A DNA stretch of 64,000 nucleotides from Anaerolineae bacterium (GCA_016931315.1 JAFGFB010000214.1:8353-72352), one strand, 5' to 3'; positions 9,680 through 19,168 are shown, numbered from the stretch's first letter. Made by a program: numbers and translations. The notes: a model not told the origin generated them from the sequence alone.

Positions 9680-10534
9680 GTGATTCGCAATAACACGACC
9701 CAACTTGCACCCAATTTCCAATTCAGCCAATCGAGCCTGCAAGATTACGTCGAGTGTAAGCGACGCTTTCAGCTGCGGTATATTGAACGGGTCGCGTGGC
9801 CGGCAGTGCAAGCACAACCCATTCTCGAACATGAAGCACGGTTAGCCAATGGCCAGGCCTTTCACCGGTTGGTACAGCAGCAGTTACTCGGCATCCCCGA
9901 AACCCGGCTGACGCCCGTTGATGACGATTTGCGCCGTTGGTGGCAAGCCTATTTGGAAACACGCCCGGCAGACATCGAGGGACGCCGCTACATCGAAATC
10001 GCTCTAGCAGCCACGATTGCGGACCAACGTCTTGTCGCGCAGTATGACCTGGTAGTCATCACCCCGCAGTCAGCACAAATCTTCGATTGGAAAACTTCCA
10101 CCCACCCGGAAAAGCCCGAAACAACACGCCGGCTCTTCGAACGAATGCAAACGCGTGTATATCGCTATCTGCTCGTCCGTGCTGGCGCTGACCTGAACGA
10201 CGGACAATCTATTGCCCCAGAACAGGTCACCATGACCTATTGGTTTGCAGAAACACCCGAAGAGCCGGTGCATTTCGCCTATAATGCCGATCAATTTGCA
10301 GCCGACGAACGGGTTCTGACGTCTCTCATCACCGAAATCCAGATGCAGGAACTGAATAGCCCCTGGGAACTCACAACCCAGGAGAGAACATGCGCGTTCT
10401 GCCCTTATCGCTCTTTGTGTGAACGTGGCGTCGAAGCTGGCGAAACGCAAGCAGGGGACGAGGTCGAGATCGAGTTATCAACACCAGGTATTCTGGATCT
10501 GGACCTCGATCAGATTGCAGAAATCCCCTTCTGA
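9680..10534 (+). CDS. PD-(D/E)XK nuclease with Cas4/AddB-type 4-Cys Fe-S cluster signature
   Basis: GTG start with GAGGAG 5 nt upstream. Motifs YDLVV, FDWKT (D-x-K), QTRVY (QxxxY), an N-terminal Cys (YVECKRRF), and C-terminal [10 protein letters not shown] (C-x2-C-x5-C). Confidence 0.8.
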   Translation: MIRNNTTQLAPNFQFSQSSLQDYVECKRRFQLRYIERVAWPAVQAQPILEHEARLANGQAFHRLVQQQLLGIPETRLTPVDDDLRRWWQAYLETRPADIEGRRYIEIALAATIADQRLVAQYDLVVITPQSAQIFDWKTSTHPEKPETTRRLFERMQTRVYRYLLVRAGADLNDGQSIAPEQVTMTYWFAETPEEPVHFAYNADQFAADERVLTSLITEIQMQELNSPWELTTQERTCAFCPYRSLCERGVEAGETQAGDEVEIELSTPGILDLDLDQIAEIPF

Positions 10535-10548
10535 CAAGGTTGGAGATT

Positions 10549-10575
10549 TTGATTCAGTCACAAATCGTATATAAT
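10549..10575 (+). promoter_or_regulatory. candidate sigma70-type promoter for gpmA (TTGATT-N15-TATAAT)
   Basis: Near-consensus hexamers about 60 nt upstream of the gpmA ATG. An alternative -35 offset gives a 17-nt spacer. Confidence 0.45.
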
Positions 10576-10632
10576 CCAGGTACCAAGAAGTTTAGTCATT
10601 CACAAACAGCATATTCCAGGAGGTTGACCACA

Positions 10633-11379
10633 ATGTACAAAGTCGTATTGCTACGTCATGGCGAAAGTGTTTGGAACCAGGAAAACCTTTTCACCGGCTG
10701 GACGGATGTAGACCTCTCCGAAAAAGGTGTCAAAGAGGCGCACACTGCCGGAAAAACCCTACGCGCTGAAGGCTACACCTTCGACGTCGCTTTCACCTCG
10801 GTGCTCAAACGCGCTATCCGCACCCTCTGGATCACCCTGGATGAAATGGATCTGATGTGGATTCCCGTTCACCGGCATTGGCGGCTAAATGAACGGCACT
10901 ACGGCGCGCTTCAGGGGCTGAACAAAGCCGAGACTGCCGCGAAATATGGCGACGAGCAGGTCCTTATCTGGCGACGCAGTTACGATATCCGTCCCCCGGC
11001 GCTGGACCCCGCCGATGAACGCTGGCCCGGGCATGATCGCCGCTACGCGGACCTCAAGCCCGAAGAATTGCCGGTTCACGAATGCCTCAAAGACACCGTG
11101 GAGCGCTTCCTCCCCTACTGGCTCGATACCATTGCCCCCGTGGTTAAGTCTGACAAGCGCGTCGTCATCGCCGCACACGGCAATAGTCTCCGTGCACTTG
11201 TAAAATATCTCGATGACATCTCCGATGAGACCATTCTCAAACTCAACATCCCTACCGGCGTCCCCCTCGTCTATGAGCTGGATGAGCATCTCAAGCCCAT
11301 CACCCATTACTACCTCGGCGATCCTGAGGCTATCGCTGCAGCTCAGCAAGCCGTAGCTAATCAAGGAAAGGCAAAATAA
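10633..11379 (+). CDS. gpmA: 2,3-bisphosphoglycerate-dependent phosphoglycerate mutase
   Basis: [29 protein letters not shown] is the canonical dPGM N-terminus (RHGE catalytic His). [10 protein letters not shown] provides the second His. GGAGG RBS upstream of the ATG at 10633. Confidence 0.95.
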   Translation: MYKVVLLRHGESVWNQENLFTGWTDVDLSEKGVKEAHTAGKTLRAEGYTFDVAFTSVLKRAIRTLWITLDEMDLMWIPVHRHWRLNERHYGALQGLNKAETAAKYGDEQVLIWRRSYDIRPPALDPADERWPGHDRRYADLKPEELPVHECLKDTVERFLPYWLDTIAPVVKSDKRVVIAAHGNSLRALVKYLDDISDETILKLNIPTGVPLVYELDEHLKPITHYYLGDPEAIAAAQQAVANQGKAK

Positions 11380-11397
11380 CACTCCATACCCTCGCAT

Positions 11398-11430
11398 AAA
11401 ACGTGAACTGCTCCTTGCAGCTCACGTTTT
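11398..11430 (+). terminator. intrinsic terminator hairpin after gpmA
   Basis: AAAACGTGAACTGC-tcctt-GCAGCTCACGTTTT forms a 14-bp stem with one mismatch, an A-tract/T-tract flank and a T-run at the 3' end. Confidence 0.6.
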
Positions 11431-13758
11431 ATGCTTTGGAAATGTGATACTCCCGTGTACGAATGGCTAGCCCCTAAACCAATTACGGTTCCCCCAGCGT
11501 TGCGCGCCTTTGTCGGTGGGCATCCTCTGATTGCGGAGACCCTGGCGCGACGCGGTATCACCACGGCAGAAGCGGCTCAAGCCTTCATGGATCCGCGAGC
11601 AGTTTCGCCTGCCTCAGCGCTAGATTTTCCTGACATGGAACGTGCCGTAACGCGAATCGAAGAGGCAATTCGCAAGGGAGAACGCATCTGCGTCTGGGGT
11701 GACTTTGATGTGGATGGGCAAACCGCGACCACCTTGCTTGTAACAACGCTTCGTGAACTTGGCGCAGATGTTATACATCACATCCCCGTGCGCGAAATTG
11801 AATCTCATGGCGTGAACGTGCCGCAATTGACGCGCGTCATAGACCTGGGCGCACAATTACTGCTCACCTGTGATACCGGCATTGATGCTTACGAATCGAT
11901 AGCGTATGCGAATGATCGCGGAGTGTCATTCATCATCACCGATCATCATGAACTACCGGAAGGCGCTCTCCCCCCCGCATACGCTATCATCAATCCACAC
12001 TTACTGCCGAATACACACACACTCGCTACCCTGCCCGGTGTAGGTGTGGCCTATAAACTTGCCGAGGCACTCTATGCACGGGCTGGACGCCCTGAAGCGG
12101 CGCACCAGTACCTCGATCTGGTCGCCCTGGGCATCGTTGCGGATGTGGCGCAGATAACGGGAGATACGCGCTATCTGTTGCAGCTTGGCTTATCCGCGTT
12201 GCGGGAAACATCACGGTTGGGCCTTCAGGAAATGTTCAAACTGGCTCAGGTGCTTCCGGCGCAAATCAATGAGGAGACCATCGGCTTTGTCATCGGACCC
12301 CGACTCAATGCACTGGGGCGTCTGGATGATGCCAATATCATTGTGGATTTTCTGAGCACCAGCGACCAGGCACAGGCTCGCATTCTCGCCGAGCAATTGG
12401 AAAAACTCAATAACGATCGCCGACGTCTCTGCGCTGATGTTGAAACTGCCGCAGAGGCAGAGATAGCGCATAATCCCTCACTATTGGAATATGAAGCGCT
12501 CGTATTGGCGCACAGCCAATGGCCCACCGGCGTTGTGGGCATAGTGGCTAGCCGCCTGGCAGAACGTTACAACCGCCCCACAGTTCTGCTCTCAGCGCCA
12601 GCAAACGAGGTTGCGCGTGGTTCAGCGCGTTCTGTGCCAGGGTGCAATATTACAGAAGCCATCGCTACCCAACGCACACTGCTAGAACGCTTTGGTGGAC
12701 ATGCACAGGCCGCAGGAGTGGCATTAGCGCAGGATAATATCCCGACCTTCCGGCGCGGATTATCGCGGGCGGTCAAAGAACAACGCGGCACAGCTTCATC
12801 AGAGCAACCCTTACAGATTGATGGCATTGTACCATTCGCCGATCTTTCCCTGGCATTGGTGGATGATCTGGAAAGGCTAGCGCCATTTGGTGCGGGAAAT
12901 CCGCCATTGACGCTGGCAACACGCAATGTGCGTGCACAGAGTGTCAATCAGATTGGACGTAACGGCGACCACCTGGCAATCACCATCGAGGATGGTAGCG
13001 GAACTCCGCAACGGGTCATCTGGTGGCGCGCCCAACAAGAAGACGTACCGGCAGAGACATTTGACCTGGCTTATACCGTACGAGCCAATACCTTTAGGGG
13101 TGAAAGACGGTTGCAGATCGAATGGCTCGATGCACGCCTGGTACAAGCACCTCTGCCCGCGGCTCTACAACCCACCGAGATTCCACATCGTGTGATTGAA
13201 GACTATCGCCGCGAGCCACATCCTCAGGTATTGCTCACACCCTGGCTGACAAGGGAAGGTACACAAATCTGGGCGGAAGGTAATACGTACGATGGCGCAA
13301 AGACGCGCTCGCAATTAGAGTCCGGTTCGGTGCTTATCCTCTGGAGCATCCCTCCAGGCCCAGAGGAATTAGCAACAGCGCTTGCAATAGTCAGCCCGCA
13401 TGAAGTAGCAGTATTCAGCAACGACCCCGACCTCGATACACAAAACAAGTTCATCAAGCGGTTAGCCGGCCTGATCAACTACGCATTGAATCACAAAGAG
13501 GGGAAGATTTCTGTGGCAGCACTAGCGGCAGCGATGGCACATCGCAAAAAAACTGTACGACTTGGGCTGGCCTGGATGGCAGCCTACGGCGCACTGACGA
13601 TAGTCCACGATGCTGGGAATATCATCACCGTAACGCACAATGGTACCCAAGACCCTTCAGCATTGGCACAGTTGACAGTAGAATTGCAGGCGATGTTAGA
13701 AGAAACAGCGGCCTACCGCCGTCATTTTGCGCGTACTGGTGTAGAGATTCTGTTATAG
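11431..13758 (+). CDS. recJ: single-stranded-DNA-specific exonuclease RecJ
   Basis: DHH-family motifs DFDVDGQT, TCDTG and ITDHH, plus DHHA1 GGHAQAAG. The ATG at 11431 abuts the terminator hairpin, so an in-frame GTG at 11455 is an alternative start. Confidence 0.9.
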   Translation: MLWKCDTPVYEWLAPKPITVPPALRAFVGGHPLIAETLARRGITTAEAAQAFMDPRAVSPASALDFPDMERAVTRIEEAIRKGERICVWGDFDVDGQTATTLLVTTLRELGADVIHHIPVREIESHGVNVPQLTRVIDLGAQLLLTCDTGIDAYESIAYANDRGVSFIITDHHELPEGALPPAYAIINPHLLPNTHTLATLPGVGVAYKLAEALYARAGRPEAAHQYLDLVALGIVADVAQITGDTRYLLQLGLSALRETSRLGLQEMFKLAQVLPAQINEETIGFVIGPRLNALGRLDDANIIVDFLSTSDQAQARILAEQLEKLNNDRRRLCADVETAAEAEIAHNPSLLEYEALVLAHSQWPTGVVGIVASRLAERYNRPTVLLSAPANEVARGSARSVPGCNITEAIATQRTLLERFGGHAQAAGVALAQDNIPTFRRGLSRAVKEQRGTASSEQPLQIDGIVPFADLSLALVDDLERLAPFGAGNPPLTLATRNVRAQSVNQIGRNGDHLAITIEDGSGTPQRVIWWRAQQEDVPAETFDLAYTVRANTFRGERRLQIEWLDARLVQAPLPAALQPTEIPHRVIEDYRREPHPQVLLTPWLTREGTQIWAEGNTYDGAKTRSQLESGSVLILWSIPPGPEELATALAIVSPHEVAVFSNDPDLDTQNKFIKRLAGLINYALNHKEGKISVAALAAAMAHRKKTVRLGLAWMAAYGALTIVHDAGNIITVTHNGTQDPSALAQLTVELQAMLEETAAYRRHFARTGVEILL

Positions 13759-13781
13759 GCAATCCCGTATAAACCCGGAAT

Positions 13782-14972
13782 TCATGATTGCTGCAGCTCG
13801 CTTGCTCGCTTAACAGCGTCAGAGCCAAAACGCTCTCGCACCGCGTCGAGCGCCTCCTGAAGTTTGCGATGCTTATCCGAGGGCAGCCCCCATAATCCCA
13901 ACTGCTGTGCCGGTTCGCACAAACCGCTTACCCCAACCCCGATAAGGCGCACAGGCCGTCCGTCAATCCAGGTTTTATCGAAGAGCATTATGGCGGCTAC
14001 TACAATTTCGGCATCAAGATCGGTTGGCTCCTCAAGTGTGACCTGACGTGTGATAGTGGTGAAATCTGCCCAACGCAACTTCAAACGCACCGTGTTCCCG
14101 CGCACCCCAGCCTGTCGCAGCCGGCGCCCCACCCCCTCCACAAGATGGCGCAATGTCCGGCGCAACAATTCCCCGTCGCTAACATCATGCTCAAAAGTGG
14201 TCTCATGGCTTACAGATTTGATCTCATGTTCAATGCTGACAGGACGCTCATCCTCGCCGCGGGCACGCTGGGCTAAATCACGGCCATGCTCTCCAAAGCG
14301 CCGAATTAAGTCGTCGGGAGACCAGCGCGCAAGATCGCCAATCGTAGCGAGTCCCAGGGCGGTAAGCTGTAGTGCAGTCTTAGGACCCACCCCCCAGAGC
14401 TCCGCAACAGGCAAAGGCGCGAGGAAAGCAGCCTCCTCTCCAGGAGGCACAACCGTAATCGCCATCGGCGCCCCAGTTCCTCTCGCACGGCTTTTGCCCA
14501 CATTATTGGCAATTTTGGCAACCAGTTTATTCGTTGCCACGCCTATTGAGCACGGTAGATTCAAATCATCCCAAATGGCAGATTGGAGCTCGCGCGCCAG
14601 AGTCTCAGCAGTCGCCCGCAAATCGCTAACATCGAGAAAGGCTTCATCAATCGAGATTTGCTCGACGAGGTCAGACAGGTTCCCACAATGCGCCATCACC
14701 CTGTCAGAAAAAGCAGCATACGCACTGTGGCGCCCATGGACAACAATGAGATTTGGGCATAGCCGTAACGCCTGCCCCATGGGCATAGCCGAGCGAATGC
14801 CAAGCCGCCGGGCAGCATAAGAGCATGAGGCGACAACACCGCGCTGCTCAGGCAAGCCCCCCACAGCGAAGGGCGTGCCTTTTAGCGTGGGATCACGCAA
14901 TTCCTCGACAGAACAAAAGAAAGCGTCGAGGTCCAAATGCAAAATCTTCCGAGGCATTGACGTTATGCTCAT
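13782..14972 (-). CDS. dinB: DNA polymerase IV (Y-family)
   Basis: ILHLDLDAFFCSVE, SIDEAFLDVS and LWGVGPKT motifs. ATG at 14972. Confidence 0.93.
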   Translation of the reverse strand: MSITSMPRKILHLDLDAFFCSVEELRDPTLKGTPFAVGGLPEQRGVVASCSYAARRLGIRSAMPMGQALRLCPNLIVVHGRHSAYAAFSDRVMAHCGNLSDLVEQISIDEAFLDVSDLRATAETLARELQSAIWDDLNLPCSIGVATNKLVAKIANNVGKSRARGTGAPMAITVVPPGEEAAFLAPLPVAELWGVGPKTALQLTALGLATIGDLARWSPDDLIRRFGEHGRDLAQRARGEDERPVSIEHEIKSVSHETTFEHDVSDGELLRRTLRHLVEGVGRRLRQAGVRGNTVRLKLRWADFTTITRQVTLEEPTDLDAEIVVAAIMLFDKTWIDGRPVRLIGVGVSGLCEPAQQLGLWGLPSDKHRKLQEALDAVRERFGSDAVKRASELQQS

Positions 14973-14984
14973 CGAATGTAACGG

Positions 14985-15992
14985 CTAAGCATACCCCTTA
15001 CCAGAGCGCAATAACGGCATAAGATAACGGATATACTCATCCAGGCATTCAGGATCACCATTCAGTGGTTGAAACAGAACGGAATCCACACCTGCGGCAA
15101 CCAGGCGCTCAATGGAAGCCCCGACCTGTTCCGGCGTTCCAGAAGCGGTAAAAGTATCCAACCAGGTATCGGGCATAGCACGTGCAAGGTCTTCTCCAGA
15201 GTGTGTGTCCAGGTAAGCGGCGACTTCAGCGCCAATACCTGACTCGGCAACCTGCACATCTGCCCACGGTAGCCGCGCCGCGAGCGCCCGTCGTGCGGCA
15301 TCCCGCGCTATTTTCCCATCAAGACTCACTTTCACATCCAGATAGGCAACAACCCGGTGTTGGCTGCGCCCGCTTTCTGACATGCCGGCACGAATATGTT
15401 CCCGCGCCCATCGCGTGTAGGCAGGCGAAGACATGCCGGTCAAAATAGTACCATCGCCAATGCGACCCGCCAGCCTGAGCGTCCTCTCACGCATGGCGCC
15501 GACATACAAAGGCGGAACAACCTCTGGCACTACCTGCATCTGCACCTGATCCAAATTCACCTGCTCGCCCTGGAGGGTAACAGAATCACCCCGCAACAAA
15601 CGCCGCACAACAGTGATGGTCTCAGCTACAGCTTTCAAGGATGATTTAGGCGCCGCGCCAATTTGTGCCATCCAGGAACCAACGCCATGCCCAAAGCCGG
15701 GCAGAATCCGCCCTGGAAAGGCGCGCGCCAACGTCGTCAGTTCCATCGCCGCGAACAAGGGGTTATAAGCTGTGGCAGGCAGCAGCCCAATGCCCACCTT
15801 GATTTGCCGGGTTGCAGAGAGCGCCAGCGCAGCAGAAGTGAGGGCGCCGGGAAGGAAACAATCATCCCACAACCACAGTTCATCAAAACCGGCAGCCTCC
15901 GCGCGGCGCGAGAAATCCGCCAGCTGCTCTGAAGGGAAGCGGGGGTGAAAAATCACGCCGAAAGCTGGAGAAGATGATGGGGGAGTTAGCAT
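14985..15992 (-). CDS. luciferase-like monooxygenase (LLM) family oxidoreductase, possibly F420-dependent
   Basis: GVIFHP...AEAAGFDELWLWDD and a TIM-barrel LLM pattern. ATG at 15992 is preceded by GGAGG. The ORF-track 5' extension to 16148 is R-rich and lacks an RBS. Confidence 0.7.
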   Translation of the reverse strand: MLTPPSSSPAFGVIFHPRFPSEQLADFSRRAEAAGFDELWLWDDCFLPGALTSAALALSATRQIKVGIGLLPATAYNPLFAAMELTTLARAFPGRILPGFGHGVGSWMAQIGAAPKSSLKAVAETITVVRRLLRGDSVTLQGEQVNLDQVQMQVVPEVVPPLYVGAMRERTLRLAGRIGDGTILTGMSSPAYTRWAREHIRAGMSESGRSQHRVVAYLDVKVSLDGKIARDAARRALAARLPWADVQVAESGIGAEVAAYLDTHSGEDLARAMPDTWLDTFTASGTPEQVGASIERLVAAGVDSVLFQPLNGDPECLDEYIRYLMPLLRSGKGYA

Positions 15993-16128
15993 ATTCACTG
16001 TCGAACCTCCAACCACAAAAAAATGCCGTTCAAAAGGTCGCCTTGGCGGCTCAATGCCAAGCCTTCGAACAATCAGCCGATGTCGCCGCAATAGTTGCCG
16101 GATAGGTTCTTTGCCAGGGGAGCTAGAG

Positions 16129-16173
16129 CCATGCGTATTCTGGAGCACGTTGCGCGCCCCAGAATACGCATGG
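16129..16173. repeat. perfect 15-bp inverted repeat (CCATGCGTATTCTGG-N15-CCAGAATACGCATGG)
   Basis: Read directly. It lies between the AIM24 stop (16258) and the LLM start (15992), and is followed by a second small inverted repeat, CTCTTG-N9-CAAGAG. Confidence 0.7.
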
Positions 16174-16257
16174 AAGATTCTCTTGCGAGAGAGACAAGAG
16201 CCACCAACACGCCAGAGGTGAATACCCCCCTCCGGCGCACAAGCAACATCAGCGCTA

Positions 16258-17040
16258 TTACTGTTGCAGCAATCCCGAAAGCCCGCGGATCACCGAACCT
16301 TCATCCGAGCCTTTTCCGCCCTGCGAAGGCGCCGACGCCAGGATACGATCCGCCAGGCGCGAGAAGGGCAACGATTGCAGCCACACGCGCCCCGTCCCTT
16401 GCAACGTAGCGAGGAACAACCCCTCACCACCGAAAAGCATGGACTTGAGATTCCCCGCGCGTTGAATATCATAGCTGATGCCGGTCTCGAAAGCCACAAT
16501 ACAGCCGGTATCTACGAGCAATTTCTGCCCCTGAAGTCGCTTTTCAATGATCGTACCACCAGCGTGGATGAAAACCATACCATCGCCGCGCAACCGCTGC
16601 AGGATAAAGCCTTCGCCGCCGAAAAACCCCGCGCCGAGCTTCTTGTTAAGAGTAATGCTGATCTCAGTGCCCAATGCCGCGGCTAGAAAAGCATCTTTCT
16701 GACAGATCAGCTCCCCATGCGCCTCATCCAGGTCAATGGCAATAATCTTACCCGGGTACGGAGCAGCAAACGCCAGGCGTCGCTTGAATTCCGACGCATT
16801 GGTAAAATGGGTCATAAAAAGTGATTCCCCGGTCAGCATCCGTTTGCCAACGCTGAGGACTTTGTCCATCATGCCCTGCGGACGGGAGCCATCACCCATT
16901 CGTGTTTCAAAGATAATCCCCTCATCCATGTACATCATAACGCCGGCTTCAGCAATGACCGTCTCACGGGGATCAAGCTCCACCTCAACGAATTGCATAT
17001 CATCGCCATACACCTGATAATCAACCTCGTGACTGTGCAT
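16258..17040 (-). CDS. AIM24/TIGR00266 (DUF124) family protein
   Basis: N-terminus [35 protein letters not shown] and ...GGEGLFL... are typical of the family. GAGGAGG RBS. Confidence 0.8.
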   Translation of the reverse strand: MHSHEVDYQVYGDDMQFVEVELDPRETVIAEAGVMMYMDEGIIFETRMGDGSRPQGMMDKVLSVGKRMLTGESLFMTHFTNASEFKRRLAFAAPYPGKIIAIDLDEAHGELICQKDAFLAAALGTEISITLNKKLGAGFFGGEGFILQRLRGDGMVFIHAGGTIIEKRLQGQKLLVDTGCIVAFETGISYDIQRAGNLKSMLFGGEGLFLATLQGTGRVWLQSLPFSRLADRILASAPSQGGKGSDEGSVIRGLSGLLQQ

Positions 17041-17135
17041 CGGTCTTCCTCCTCATGAAATTTGCTGTCAAGAGATGCAAATCCCTGACATTCATTATAC
17101 GTCTAAATCCCCACAGCGTTGCATTGCAGGACGGT

Positions 17136-17262
17136 GGGGGTGCGTTTCAAAACGGGGGTGAAAATCTCAGGCGATTTTTCGCGGCGTAGCTTTGTCCCGC
17201 CGCGAAAAATCACTCAAAGAAAGGCATTTGCATGATAATGAACTCGCTTTTTCCCAAAAACT
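17136..17262 (+). repeat. dispersed intergenic repeat, copy B1 (forward), hairpin 17173-17211
   Basis: Head GGGGGTGCGTTTCAAAACGGGGGTGAAAATCTC, a 14-bp perfect stem GATTTTTCGCGGCG/CGCCGCGAAAAATC, and tail ...GGCATTTGC...CTTTTTCCCAAAAA. Confidence 0.8.
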
Positions 17263-17281
17263 GAAACACACTCATTGTGGA

Positions 17282-17400
17282 AGGGTATAGGATAGATTGT
17301 CGGGAAAACTGGAAGAGGTCGTGCAAACAGACGAAGAGGATCCTTTTTATGTTTTGGACGCGGCGCCGAGTACGGCGCCGCGTCCAAAATCACTTTTTCC
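17282..17400 (-). repeat. dispersed intergenic repeat, copy B2 (reverse, head-truncated), hairpin 17352-17389
   Basis: AGGGTATAGGATAGATTGTCGGGAAAAC aligns with 5061-5088. It has a perfect 17-bp stem TTTTGGACGCGGCGCCG-agta-CGGCGCCGCGTCCAAAA and lacks the GCGTTTCAAAAC head. Confidence 0.7.
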
Positions 17401-17674
17401 TCAAACAGGCATGCCATGCCTGATATGAACTGTTATGCGGTCAATAATCTGTCGTATACCCATTGTAGAACGGTAGGTGAATTTCATGCCGAGGACGACA
17501 ATCTCAGACGCTCCCACGGGGCGCACAAGAAAATGAATTCTTTGCAGCGGGGCAATCTTTGTTTTTATCCCCAGGTCGAAATGCACCCGGCGGCAAAGGG
17601 GTGTGACGAACGTCATTGTAGAAATACTGTACCCAGGATATGCTGTAGATATAGAACTTCCGAAGGAGGGCGCC

Positions 17675-18382
17675 ATGTTAGCAATGATGCTCTTGGCTCA
17701 TTTGATAGGTGACTATATACTGCAATTCAATGCGCTGGTTCGATGGAAGACACGTTCACTTTTGGGCGTTCTCGCGCATGGAGCTATTGTCACCGTGGTA
17801 ACAGTGCTCGCAGCACTGACGGTTAAACCTGCGTGGTGGCCCTATGCACTGCTCATTGGGGCAAGCCATACCCTGATAGATATCGTGCGTGCCAGGCTGA
17901 TAGTCGCCCAAAATCCAGGGCTTGACCTGCTCTACTTTCTGCTCGATCAGGCTGCACATCTTGGCATCATCGTTGCTGTGACCTTCTGGAGCGAGGCGCC
18001 GACACCCTCCCCCGCCTGGTTCAGCCCTCAGGCGATTGCCCTCGCCGCAGGATTGCTTTTTTTGCTGCAACCAGCATGGGTATTGTTGCGGTTCCTCGTT
18101 CGCGGCGTGTGGGGCGAATCCGCCGCGCCTCCGCTGGGTGCAGGCGAAAAGTACTTCCCGATGTTAGAGCGCCTTGCGATCGCACTGCTGGCGCTCACCG
18201 GAATGGGATACCTGATTCCGCTAGCGTTGCTGCCGGGGCGAATTGAACGCCTGCAAGGGCAAGAACATAACATCATGATTTTGATACGCAGCGGGGACTC
18301 CTGGATTGAAAGCGCCTTGAGCATTCTCTGTGCCCTCGGCGTAGGGCTGGGGTTGCGATATCTGGGATTGGCTGCTTTCTAG
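17675..18382 (+). CDS. DUF3307-like integral membrane protein
   Basis: LLAHLIGDYILQ N-terminal motif and about 7 hydrophobic helices. The ATG at 17675 has GAAGGAGGG 4-5 nt upstream. The ORF-track GTG at 17603 has no RBS. Confidence 0.6.
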   Translation: MLAMMLLAHLIGDYILQFNALVRWKTRSLLGVLAHGAIVTVVTVLAALTVKPAWWPYALLIGASHTLIDIVRARLIVAQNPGLDLLYFLLDQAAHLGIIVAVTFWSEAPTPSPAWFSPQAIALAAGLLFLLQPAWVLLRFLVRGVWGESAAPPLGAGEKYFPMLERLAIALLALTGMGYLIPLALLPGRIERLQGQEHNIMILIRSGDSWIESALSILCALGVGLGLRYLGLAAF

Positions 18383-18418
18383 TGTGGGTGTTTTTGATTT
18401 GGCGCAGGAGGGTTGAAA

Positions 18419-19168
18419 ATGGGCACAATAGGGCTACAATGGAATCTGCTTCCGGGCGCGGTACCCACAAGCACGAGGACTTGTCGGGATAACACGATGG
18501 GGACTACAGACACAGTCGAATTGCTGTCATTGCTGCATCCGCTGCCACTCTTCCGCGGCTTGAGTGCGCAGGAGATGCGAATTTTGCTGGCTGAGGCACG
18601 CCATCGCATCTTCCAGGTTGAGCAGCTTATCTTCGCACAAGACGAAGCCGGGGAAACCTGCCACATCATTATACAAGGACGCGTGCGCATTTTTGTCATC
18701 GGCGAAGATGGTCGAGAACTCTCCATGCGAATTCTAGGTCCTGGCGAAATCATTGGCGAGATGGCGCTTTTCGAGAACCTGCCACGCTCCGCAAGCGTGG
18801 TCTCCCTGGATGAAACGCATACCCTCGAACTTGACCAGGAAGCGTTGATGCGTTGCCTGCGCCGCTGCCCCGCGTTAGCCCTGAGCCTGTTGCAGGCTTT
18901 GAGCGCCCGCCTGCGCCACACAACCGAGGAGGCTGAAGGGTTAGCATCACAGCCTGTACCAGAGCGCCTGCTAAGGCGCCTGCAACAGCTGGCAAATAGC
19001 TCCGGCGTTCGCGTCCATGATGGACTTCGCATCGCTTTGCCGATGACCCAGCAAGAGCTCGCTACGCTAATCGGCACAAGCCGCGAGAGCGTCAATCGCG
19101 CCCTCGTGCGCCTGAAACAACAAGGTGCTATTCGCGTAGAAGGCGGGTGGATTATTCTTCTCGATTGA
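18419..19168 (+). CDS. Crp/Fnr-family transcriptional regulator (cNMP-binding + HTH)
   Basis: cNMP-binding pattern LFRGLS...GEIIGEMALFE..PRSASV, and HTH TQQELATLIGTSRESVNRAL. AGGAGGG RBS before the ATG at 18419. The 3' end overlaps the convergent S8 gene by 17 nt. Confidence 0.9.
   Translation: MGTIGLQWNLLPGAVPTSTRTCRDNTMGTTDTVELLSLLHPLPLFRGLSAQEMRILLAEARHRIFQVEQLIFAQDEAGETCHIIIQGRVRIFVIGEDGRELSMRILGPGEIIGEMALFENLPRSASVVSLDETHTLELDQEALMRCLRRCPALALSLLQALSARLRHTTEEAEGLASQPVPERLLRRLQQLANSSGVRVHDGLRIALPMTQQELATLIGTSRESVNRALVRLKQQGAIRVEGGWIILLD

Noticed and set aside
5252-10534. Helicase/helicase/nuclease trio as an anti-phage defence system (Gabija-like or other UvrD + nuclease systems).
   Set aside because: It is flanked by housekeeping repair and metabolism genes (gpmA, recJ, dinB). 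There is no ATPase-nuclease of the GajA/OLD type and no mobile-element hallmarks. The AddB-type Fe-S nuclease signature favours an end-resection complex. It is kept as a finding but not called defence.
15993-16148. 5' extensions proposed by the ORF track for several genes (LLM 16148, BNR 46045, K7 48015, gpmA 10540, K2 28007, receiver 3558).
   Set aside because: Internal ATGs with strong GGAGG-type RBSs coincide with the conserved family N-termini or signal peptides. The extensions are compositionally odd (Arg/Cys/Trp-rich) or start at TTG without an RBS.
17214-17712. Small ORFs (67-98 aa) in the 17.04-17.68 kb intergenic region.
   Set aside because: They are built from the dispersed repeat copies and their hairpins, lack an SD, and have no conserved protein features. 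The region is better explained as non-coding repeat DNA.
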